Shown in pieces: positions 33,514 to 48,572 of a DNA stretch of 64,000 bases (the first letter of the stretch is position 1; every line of letters begins with the position of its first letter). This stretch comes from Salpingoeca rosetta (lineage: Eukaryota; Protista; Choanoflagellata): the NCBI GenBank assembly GCA_033442325.1, contig JAWQFM010000007.1, positions 997,684-1,061,683 of the forward strand. Reading direction: 5' to 3'. Under the pieces are notes generated by a model. The model did no database searches. It saw only the letters and a program-made list of their open reading frames with translations, and was not told the origin of the DNA. Position numbers and translations under genes: made by a program.

Positions 33514-34820
33514 ACACACGTACACACGTACACACATGCACACTGACACACGTACACACGTACACACACGCACATGAAAACGACCACGAAACAATCCAAA
33601 AGACAGCGCCGTTCCAGTTGACAGCGCTGTTCCAGTTGCCAACGCAACTTTAGAACTTTGCACGTGCACGTACCAGCAACGTCCTGCTGCTGAGACACGC
33701 TTTGAATAGCCCGTCCAATCTCGCCAACCTGCACGACAAGAGGTCAGCGTGCCAGGCGACAAAGTGAGCAGATACATTAGGGGTGTTGGTGGGCTGAAGC
33801 GAACAGACACCAAACAGGGGGGCAATTCAAAAGCGAGCAATCACGTTCTTGGCCGTAGGTGGGCTGCGCTCACATACCTCGGTGGTCAGGCACTGGACGT
33901 CGCGTGAAACACGCTCAATCCCTGAAGACAGCCTAGGTCGTGGCGAGTGGACAAGATGGCTGGGGTTTTGAACGGGCACGTGTGCTTAGGTGTACAAGGA
34001 AGCATGTGCGCACAAGCTGCTGTTCATGTGCAAGGAGTGCACACACAACATACAGCATACACACGCGCACATACCCACGCACACAACAACGCGCGCATAA
34101 CAACGCACATAGCTACGCACACAACAACGCAAGCACACACACACACACACACACGTTTGTGTGAGCCAGCTCAGCTGAGTTCGCTTACGTGGAGGATACG
34201 GTGGTGGTCTCGAGATCCTCCACGTACGCCGTGTAGCTGGCAATACCAGAGCGAAATGGAGCCTGGGTGTCCTGCGCGCTATCTGCTTCCGCATCACTGG
34301 GAAGGCGGGGTCGCGCTGGCGCATATTTGTGCAAAGAAACGGGACCCTGCTTGGCTGAGATGCCCGGGTTGGAGAGATGCTGTGACAACGATTCCTGCTC
34401 TGCGTACCGCTTATAGAACAATGTGGCATCGTTGGTGGGGCGCTGGGTTTGTTGACGCCACGTGTCGCCTCGCCTCTGAGCGGAGCTGGTCGCTGTGTTT
34501 GTGGCTGCAGACGGTGCTGCGGAGGACATGATCTGGCCCATCCTGTTGTTGGTGTTGTTGTTGCGCGCGAAGTTGAGCTGGTCCTGGTACTGGATGCTGG
34601 TGTTGGCGATGGAGCGTGAGGGGTAGCCCTGCGACTGGTCTCCGCTGCCCTGACGGGTGCCTGCTGCAGCTGAGGAGCTTGGTGCCGTGGTCCAGGGGAC
34701 ACTACCGGCACTCGACAGAACCGACTGCGTGTCGGAGAAAGGGCCCTGGGTGGACTGCGTGTGGCTGTATGATGTGACCTGGGAGCCCTCGAGGAGCTGT
34801 GATGGGGAAAAGAGGGACAT
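32726..34820 (-). CDS. S/Q-rich coiled-coil protein with an acidic C-terminal motif; IHO1/Mer2-like candidate
   Basis: Exons 34820-34189, ~33921-33878, ~33728-33674 and ~33291-32726 join in frame with GT-AG. The product has an SQ/TQ-rich N-terminus, a central coiled coil, a basic patch and a C-terminal LIDNLFFDSDDS. The gene is well supported; the family call is tentative. Confidence 0.6.
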
Positions 34821-35149
34821 GCCCCGAGTCAAGCAGTAACGGCCTGCTTGGTGGATTGGAGAATTGGGCAGCAGCAGGAGAGGAGGGAGGAGGGGAGTTA
34901 CAGAAGGGTGAGGTCCGCAGAGGGGTGAAGAGAGAGGATGGTTGTGAGCAAACACATGTGTACGCGAGGCGGTGATGGAGCAGGGGGTGTTTGAGAAGTG
35001 AAAAGCTGCGAAGAAAAACTGGCGGCTTGAACGAGCAGCAATGTAATGAGGCATCAACAGTAATGCGTTGCCTGAATCGATCGTGCAAACCAAGAAACCA
35101 GTTCTGCAAGAAGGTGAGAAGGAGAGGGACAACGGTTGAGAAGTTGGCG

Positions 35150-35520
35150 TTGGCGGGAATCATGTTTGTGCGAACATCGCGGCGAAGATGCTGAGAGCTT
35201 GAAAGCATGAGAGGCTGCAGAGCGAGATCAGGGTGTGAAACCCCAGCGCAAAGGTGCAAAGGCACGAGCACGACGACGAAGGGGTAGCTAGAGCGCGAGT
35301 TGGTAATGTAACACGCTGGTTTGAAAGATGCGGCCTGTGTGACTATTATTGGTTGGCGCCAACTTTGGTGGTTTGAAGAATTGGCGGGAAACGGGTTCCT
35401 TCGCGCGCTGATCTGAATTTTTGTTCGGGTGATTGGCCCCTCGCCTTGCACCCTGTTGATAACACGCATTGACACCCTATCCACCGCATGTCCAAAGGTT
35501 CGGAACCAGTTGGCGGGAAA
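35150..35520. promoter_or_regulatory. Cluster of E2F-like sites with a CHR-like element in a divergent promoter
   Basis: TTGGCGGGAAT at 35150-35160, TTGGCGGGAAA at 35381-35391 and 35510-35520, palindromic TTGGCGCCAA at 35353-35362, TTTGAA at 35372-35377. Confidence 0.45.
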
Positions 35521-35861
35521 CTTCTGAACACATTGATGTACGTGCGTGCGTGCGTTTGCGTGCGTGCGTGTGTTTGCGTGTGTTTGCGTGTGTGCAGTAT
35601 TATTGCCATTGCTCTCGGTTGAAGAAAGGCAGAAAGCCACAGCAGTGATTATTCAACTCACCTTGGGTCAGTGCCAGCTTGCTAGTGTTGTCATTTTCCA
35701 CAAGTTCATCCGACGACCGCATCGCCCACCAACACCCGCCAAGACCCGGCAAGACCGCCTAGACAACCTTGTCTTGTCACACACAAGCAACCTACAGAAG
35801 GTACACAAGTCTCACCGTCGCGCACGTACGCCAGGCACGAACCAAGATACCAACCGTCATC

Positions 35862-36392
35862 ATGGGCGCCAACCAAGCTGATGCCACCACCACTACCGAG
35901 GAGGCCGTTGCTGCGGAGGTCACAGACAAGCAGGAAGAGGCTGCTGCACCCGCCGTGACCGACGACGACAAGACGGAGGAGGCAACCGACGACGACAACA
36001 AGGAGAACGTGGAGGCCAAGAAGGAGGACGAGGACAAGACCGAGGAGGCTGACGAGGCCGAGGACAAGAAGGACGAAGACAAGAAGGGCGAGGACAAGAC
36101 GGAAGAGGACAAGACCGAGGAGGACAAGACCGACGAAGCTGACGAGGCTGAGGACAAGAAGGACGAAGACAAGACAGAGGAGGCTGAGGACAAGAAGGAC
36201 GAAGACAAGACAGAGGAGGCTGACGAGGCTGAGAACAAGAAGGACGAAGACAAGAAGACCGACGAGGACAAGATGGACGAGGAGAAGGACAGCGAGAAGA
36301 ACAAGGCTGACGCCGAAACCAAGCCCGAGTCCCCCAAGCGTGAGGCAGAGGAAGACACTGAGGCGAGCAAGAAGGCCAAAACAGAGGAGTAA
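35862..36392 (+). CDS. Highly acidic D/E/K repeat protein with a prothymosin-like C-terminal NLS, 176 aa, intronless
   Basis: ATG at 35862 (MGANQADATT), strong GAG/AAG/GAC codon bias, repeats of EDKKDEDKTEEADEA, and a C-terminus KREAEEDTEASKKAKTEE*. Confidence 0.75.
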   Translation: MGANQADATTTTEEAVAAEVTDKQEEAAAPAVTDDDKTEEATDDDNKENVEAKKEDEDKTEEADEAEDKKDEDKKGEDKTEEDKTEEDKTDEADEAEDKKDEDKTEEAEDKKDEDKTEEADEAENKKDEDKKTDEDKMDEEKDSEKNKADAETKPESPKREAEEDTEASKKAKTEE

Positions 36393-36917
36393 GCGCCAGG
36401 CCACGCCATTCACCCAAGATGCATTCTCTCCTCTCCTTCTTGCACTGTTTTGATATCTCAGTGTAGTCAAGTCGTCGTGCGTGTCTCGATGCTTGTTTGT
36501 TTGGCGCTGTTTCCGTCTTCAGTCAGCAGCTCCGCATTCCATCCCGTAGTCACATGTGCGATGCTTTGTAATTGTCCCTTTTTGTGTGTGTGTGTGTGCG
36601 TTGTTGGCCTTGCAAGCTGTAAATGCCTGCTACATTGACCCAGTGTTGTTGCTTTGCCGCCCTCTAACTGGTGGCCTGTGTAAGCGCACAGCTTTTCCTT
36701 GCATACTGTCTGTGATTGTGGTTTCTTTGAGTCTACTCAATACAACATCAACAACCCATCAGTCGCAAATGCGTATATGTTGTACGGGAACGTAAGAGTG
36801 TGGCTTCATTTCCTGCTGACTTTGGTGGAGAGTGCATCCTGGCTTTGTTGTACACACCCTTTATTGTTGAGTGAACCCCACAACACAAAGACAAACCCAG
36901 GAGCTAGCAAAAAGTAC

Positions 36918-37113
<196 letters not shown>

Positions 37114-37122
37114 AATATCGCT

Positions 37123-37770
37123 TCACCAGTCACCCTGCATGACAATGTCGGCAAACGCTAGGCTCTGTTCGACCTGCAAGAGCCCGGCACCAGCAAGATG
37201 CAGCACGTGCGACAAGCCAGACGCAGCAATGAACTTCGTCGGGGCGGTGCCGAGCACCTCTTGAAAGGAGACTGCGGCCTTCTTCTGCTGACCAAGCTCA
37301 ACAACATACCTGGACAAGGTATGCACGTGAAGATGTGAAGATGTGAATCAGGTGGAACAAAGATGTAAGAAAAGTGAAAGAAAGATGCACAAAAGGCAGA
37401 TGGTCGTTAGCCCAGCATGCACCAGCGTCGCGTGTGACGGCAATACGCAAACGGCACCCAAATGAAACAGATGGCGAACTCACCCAAGAAACTCCTTGCC
37501 TTCCTCCGTGATGGTGTCCAGCATCTCGATTTCTTTGAGGACATCAGGCGCGTTTCGTACCACAGCATCCATATCCACTACATGCACCACACGTACGCAC
37601 TTGAAGTGTGGGTACAGGTTTGGACAAACTCGCGCGTGTCTGTTGTCCAACAGGAGCGCCCCCCCCCCCACGACACGCCTCAGGGATGATTCACGAAGAC
37701 CGCCGCCAGCACACCACACATTCACATGCACATGAACGCATGAACTCCACACAAACACATGAATACCTAG

Positions 37771-37817
<47 letters not shown>

Positions 37818-39052
37818 GTGGAGTCGTCGAGTGGGTTCACTCCAAGAAGGCTGGTTGCCTCTGTCTGGCTTGGGGCAGTGCCAAACACATTGCTGCATGG
37901 GTGGGAACCACCAAGTATCATGCACCAAGCATGCAGCACGAAATCATCGGCGTGAATTATTTGCAAGCACGAGAAGCGTCTTGCAAGCCCAACTGGCGTG
38001 CGCACCACAGCACAGCACACGCCAAGCGCGAACCACGAACCGCACAAACAACACACAGCAATTCACAAGTGCCCATTACCTCTGCTGTTCTTGAGCCGCT
38101 GCCGCCTCAAATACAGCCGCAAGAGAGCGTGCGCGACTTCGCGGTGTCCCATCACCATCACCACCATCTCCACCATCTCCACCATCACCACCATCACCAC
38201 CATCACCAGCATCACCATCACTGCCGCTGCCGCCAGCAGCTGAACGGACGCTACGAAGTCCCGACGAGAGTGCGGACTCGCGACGGCTGTGACGCGCGCG
38301 CTCAATGCTCCGTGCGCCCGTCAGCGAAAACGCCGGGCTCTGCCACGGACGAGGGACCGATCGCGGCGACCTGTGCACAAGTACAAAAACGCATGTGGAA
38401 ATGAAACAAGCGGCGAATGTGGGTGAAAAGTGTGTGTATGTGTGTGTGTGGACGTATGTGTGGACGTGCTTGGGTGTGTGCGTGTGTTTGGGTGTGTGTG
38501 CTTGTGTGTGTGTGTGCTTGTGTGTGTGTGTGTATGTATGTGCGTGGGTGCGTGTATGTGCTTGGGTGACGTGTATACTGAGCTGTGGCTGCTCGCTACC
38601 GCCCAACGATGACGCATGAACAACAACAGCAAGATCAGATTGCAGCCCTGCGGTGCATGACCGCAAAACCACCGAGCAACGTGGATTGAGAGCTGTCTTA
38701 CGATGTTGGGGAGGCGCGGCCGACTTCTGGGTCATCAAGTGGGAGGGCGCTATTCGCTTCCACTGCCGAGACGTCACCCAAACCTTGCTGTTGCTGCTGC
38801 TCTTGATTCATATCTGCCCGATCGCCATCATCCGCATGGTCATCATCATTGTCATCATCACTGGCGCTTCGGTCGCCTTCGACGCCTGCCGCCTCATGAT
38901 CGTCGTCGTCGTCGTCGCCGCTGTTCAGATAGTTTGCATTCCTTTTGGCCGCGTATCGCTGGGAAAGTGCGCACGAGGGTGTGGATATTTGTGTGTGTGC
39001 GTGTGTGCGTGTGTGTGTGTGCGTGTGTGTGTGTGTGCGTGTGTGTGTGTGT

Positions 39053-39107
<55 letters not shown>

Positions 39108-39762
39108 CGAAGGAAAGCATGTGCACAAGCACGCATGTGTGTGCATTGGAGAGCATGTTTGCGCCTAAGTGGGAGATGGAAGACGAGGACCAAGCATCAG
39201 CCAGTACACAGTTGCACTGTCGCACTGCATTCATGGAATGATGTCACTGCATCAACAACATCGTTGCAAGCACACCTCTCGTAAAGCGTCGATGCCCAGG
39301 GCCAGTCGGTTCTGAATTCGTGCTCGTGTGCCTTCAAGATGACGCACAAAACAAGAACACATCCGAGAGCGTAGTGTGAAGAGAAAGAATGACAATTCGC
39401 CGCGCAGGTCACCATGTGCATCGTGCTTGATAGATGTGTGCGTGTGCGTGTGTGTCTGGGTATATTCACGTATGCATGCGCGCGCGCGCGTGTGTGTGTG
39501 TGATGGAGTTTGCTTGTCAGTGTGGGACCAACCTCGCTGAGTGATGTGTGTCCCTCTCCTGTGCCATGGGACTGTTGCCAAGCTCTGCACGGCCATGCGA
39601 TAGCGGAACGCAGAGCTGGCTGGCTGCACACACCCGCACGATTACCGAGGACAATGTGACGCGTGTAAGACATGAGGGCTATTGATGTGAGGAACAGCAT
39701 GGCCACACTCGTGGGGCCACACCCACGAACGCGCACAAGCGGCAGGTGTTCCTCTTCGTACG

Positions 39763-39821
<59 letters not shown>

Positions 39822-40161
39822 CATCACAAACAAGCGCCACCCCTATCACTCACCATGGCAGTGAGCATGTGGGAGCGCAGATGGAGCGTTTCCCAGGCGT
39901 CTGACATGGTCTGTTCATACATGACATCATCACTGGTGGCATATGACATGCACATAAGTGACAACGGCAAGAAGCTTCGTCAGCTGTGATTGAAAGCACA
40001 ACAATTGTAAACAGAGGCACTTGAGCACCCAATTACTGCCACGCTACCATGCGCACATGTCAGCACACCCTCCCCCCCCCCCACACACACACACACATAC
40101 ATACACATACACACACACATACATACATACACACACCCACACACACACACCCACACCCACC

Positions 40162-40199
<38 letters not shown>

Positions 40200-42401
40200 T
40201 ACACACACATACACATACATACACACATACATACATACACATGCACACACACATGCACACACACACACATACATACATACATACATACACATGCACACAC
40301 ACATGCACACAGTCGTGCACCTGAATGCGAGGGTGTGGTCGACCTTCAATTTTCGCCTGCGCCGCTTCTTGTGCTGTTGTGTCGGGCTGGCGGCTGTGCT
40401 CGCAGCGGCAGAGGATGATGTCGGTGACGATGGCGATGATGACATTGGCGCTGACAGTGGTGGCGGGTGGCTGCTTGCTTGCCCGCTGGTTTGCACTTGC
40501 TCATACACGGTGCCTGGAAACGGGTGAAGCAATCCGTGCACCAGCACGTTGGTGGATGAGCTTCAGCAACATTCCGGGGTGTCACTGACTCCTGTGCTCT
40601 CGTGCACAGAAAGCACACGTGTACAAGACACAAGCTTTGGCGTGTACAAGACACAAGCTTTGGCAGTGCACCTTCGTGCGGACCCACACACACGAATACC
40701 ACAGACGACATACGAATAAATGCACACACACGCACGCACGCACGCACACACACACACGCACACACAGAGTCAGTTGCACCTGCTGTCAAGGAAGCCACGT
40801 CCGTGATGGTTGCCGTCGCGCCACTCGCAGAAGCGGCAGCACTGTTGTTGTGACCATGCTTGGCGACAGCGAGGGGTTGGTGCTGCAGTGGCACCTGCGC
40901 GACGTGTGGGCTCACACCACCACCGCTGCCACCACCACCAGCGTCGTTGTCTCCTAAGCCACGACCGTTGCCATCGTCGTCATCGTTGTCATTGTCGTCG
41001 TCGTTGTCATTGACACCATCATCAGGGTACCCGCCCATATCATCCGCCTCCCCAAACTGCTGCTGCTGATGATGAGAAGCGTGCATGTGCTGCTGAATCA
41101 CGGCAGCGTCACCGCCATCCACCAGCGCTGAGGCCACGACACCCATCGCCTGCCTTCGTCCACCACCGCCACCACCACTGCCACTATGGTTGCGTTTGCC
41201 TGGGCTGTTGCTGTCAGCGTGACGACGGTGTGGGGAGCGCGGTGCGCGGGCAAACGCGGGGCTCGGCACGATGTGTGTGAGCGGATCATCATCCGCTGAC
41301 CGTGCTGTACATGTGCAAGTGCCAATATTGGTGTGAATCATTGGAGATATGTGTGTGTATCAATGAGCAGACATACACACACACAAGCACACATAGTTGC
41401 TAATTCACGAACATATCCACACACACGCATGCATGCACACACACGCATGCGCACTTGGTTCAGAATCACCACTGTTGCAATCGCCACGTGCATAGACCCG
41501 CACGGTGCTCACCAATGCTGAGCGCGGTGTCTGCGAGTGCGTCTGCGGTGAGAACAGCAAACACGTCTTCAGGCGTTGTGCTCAGACTCGAGAGTGGCGT
41601 GACTGCCCGCCCTTGTTCCGGTGTCACGAGACGGATCTGGTCATGCGAAGCAACCTGACACATGCACATGCACAGGTGCAAGGGCGGGTGATTATCGCCG
41701 CGCGCGCGAGTGTGTATGTATGTGTGCATGTGGGTGTGCATGTTTGTGTGTGCGTGCTTGCAGGTGTGCGATGATATGGAGCATGGCAACCACACTTGAA
41801 GGCAGCAAGTGTACTTGGACACCAAACCACGGCTCAGGGACGACAAGGGCGTACCTGATATTGCTTGTGATCCACAAGCTCGCTGTCAGGTACAACACTA
41901 CAAGAGTTTCGTTCCCAAAAGTGAGCACAAACACACACATACCACACACACACATACACACCACACACACACACATACTCACCACACACACACAAGTGCA
42001 TGTACAGGTAGGCAAAACCAACTCACACATGCACACCACACGTATACACACACACCAAACAGAACACAATGCAGCTGTAACGCACTCATCATCGAGGAAG
42101 AGGGATGATCGCTCGGCTTCAGTGAGCGTAAAGGAGCCACCTGTCCACGGCAGAGCCAGCGCCTCTTGCTGCTGGTGGTGGTGGTGATGTATCTGCTCGT
42201 GCTAATGATGACGTGCATGGTGTGGAGGTGGACAGACAGTGCCACGTGCGTGAGCGTCAACGCAGACCACACACACACATGTCAACGTGGGTGACGCTTG
42301 CATACATGTGACCCCATGCTCACCTCTGTCTCAAAGTCCTGAGCAAATGCATCGAGTGTCTCTGGTTCGAGGAGCAAGAAGTCGTCGTCATCGCTGTCCA
42401 T
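37123..42401 (-). CDS. Large multi-exon protein of unknown function; boundaries uncertain and may extend to ~43900
   Basis: A series of GC-rich exon-like blocks between microsatellite introns: [26 protein letters not shown]|gtgag; [22 protein letters not shown]; [18 protein letters not shown]; [35 protein letters not shown]; [20 protein letters not shown]...QGDW*. I could not assemble the full splice path or recognise a domain. Confidence 0.5.
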
Positions 42402-42477
42402 CGCATCATGAAGTGTGATTGTGTGCAGCTGAATACACAGACACAGAGAGAGAGAGAGAGAGCGACACCCACACACG

Positions 42478-42541
<64 letters not shown>

Positions 42542-43397
42542 TACAGACACAGACGCACACAGGCACACATAATCAGGGGCAAGGATGTGAGCATTGGTGT
42601 GAGGACATGGGCATGCATCAAGATGGTCACGCGGGTCCACAAGTTCCACAGCCCATACAGCATAGCAACACATCAAGGCATGTTTGTGTAATACGTTAGC
42701 AACGAGCCCGCGCTTCTTCGTCACAGCGGCGATATCTGTCACAAAACGGATGCGACAGTTGGCGCGCAGCGTCTCTGCAGAGGCTATAACATAGACATGG
42801 CAAGTGGTGATGTGGCATGAGCATGACAAGCACGTGTCTGCACCTTGCGAACACACGAAACAAACACTCAGGATCCGGTAAGATTGTACATTCATGCCCA
42901 CTCATCCCCCACACACACCCACTCATACCCACTCATACCCACTCACACACACACACCCATTCACACACACACACACACCACCCATTCACACACACACACA
43001 CATTCGCACACACTGATACTGACCAAGGGTCATTCGACATTGTTGGGCAAAGAGAAGACACACGCCCTTCATGAGGGTTCCTGTGATTCGGACAGCCAGT
43101 TTAGACCCTGATACTTCCGTGCTGAGGTCAGCAGGGGAGATGTGCGCAAGAGTTGACGTGGTGTGAGTTGAGTTCAAAGATAAAACACAGGCGCGAGAAG
43201 ATGCAGAGGGGAAGAAAGCACAGAGGAGCGAGGGGCAGGACATTCGAGAGACGCTTGGCAACAAGCTAGGCGCCAGAACGAAACAAGCAGGAGCATCTTG
43301 CTATCTTGAGCGCACCACATCATGACAATGTCAAGGGATTGCAGTTTCGTGCGGCTGATGCCTTTGCAGCCACTGCACCGGAGAAGAGCATGCGCAT

Positions 43398-43632
43398 GTG
43401 TGTGAGTGTGAGTGTGAGTGTGAGTGTGAGTGTGAGTGTGCGTGTGAGTGTGAGTGTGCGTGTGAGTGTGAGTGTGAGTGTGTGAGTATGAGTGTGCGTG
43501 TGAGTGTGCGTGTGAGTGTGAGCGTGAGTGTGTGAGTATGAGTATGAGTATGAGTGTGAGTGTGAGTGTGTGAGTGTGAGTGTGAGTGTGAGTGTGCGAT
43601 GGGTGTGAGTGTGAGTGTGAGTGTGAGTGTGT
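43398..43632 (+). repeat. (GTGAGT)n hexamer microsatellite
   Basis: Directly visible, with GTGCGT and ATGAGT variants. Confidence 0.9.
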
Positions 43633-44373
43633 GAGGCAATGTACCCGCGTGTAAGCGAGCGCCGTGTTCGTGCGTGTATGAGTGAGTGATATGCGACGAT
43701 CCCCCGTTGTCAGGCGCCCTTGTTTCGCTGTTTCGGAAGACACAAAACTGCGCTGCACGTTCAACAGCACACTTACATGATACCAGCGTGCCAGGCCAGG
43801 AAAAGGGGCGACTCTTTGCCCAGCACCTCCTGTCGATAGAACAGCGCCATGGCAATGCGCGCGCGGGCTGGGAGGATGACAGCAGGCACTCAAATATGCT
43901 CGCTATGGTTGTGGTTGTTGTTGTTGTTGTGGTTGCTGTTGTGTCGAGGGGCACTTGCGTGCTTGTGCACGACGCTCGACAAGTGCAAGTACGCTGTCGT
44001 GTGGTGTGTGGTGCGTGCTGGCCTGTGCTGGCTCGTGTTCCTGGTGCAGCGCAGTGCGGTGAATGGCGACTGCTGCATCCCAGCGCGCCAAAACCGCCAC
44101 TGCACACATCACCAACACAAAACAGGACACACAGGCGAAGGGAAAGCAAGGGAGGCAGGGGAGCAAATCTAGCACCACAGCGCACACACACGCATACACA
44201 CGCACACACGACACAGATCAAAGCACAACCCACACGACAACAAACACCTACACAAACCCCAACCAGCCAACCACATCATCATCGATCGCATCGTCGCAAA
44301 ACCCCGGACAAGTTTACGATAATTGTGTGAAATTTTCCACGAATCGCCAACAACCACACCAGCAGCGAAGGCG

Positions 44374-48109
<3,736 letters not shown>

Positions 48110-48512
48110 ACGCCTCAAAAGGACCAGCGCTGCTAATCAGCTGAGCGACCCGGAAGTTGCGCACGTGTGTTCTTCTGCGTGCAACACCTCCAACGCTCCC
48201 TCTTCTGACTTTGTCACCCTTTTGTTGATTGATATATGTTGTGTCAACAATAGTCGGTCTCTTATATTGCCAGGACTTTAGAGGGCCTGAGAATCAACCA
48301 CTGTGCACGGCAAACGAAACAACACAGCAAAACTACGCTCACAACAACACAAAAAAAAAAAAACCGCCACGCCACGCCACGCCATACGCAAACATCAAAC
48401 ACCACAACGCACACCGCCTTACACCTATCACAAGCAACAATAGCCAAGAAAGTGAGAGAGTGTGTGTGTGCATGTGTGAGAGAGAGAGTGTGTGTGTGTG
48501 TGTGAGAGAGAG

Positions 48513-48554
<42 letters not shown>

Positions 48555-48572
48555 TGTGTGTGTGTGTGTGTG

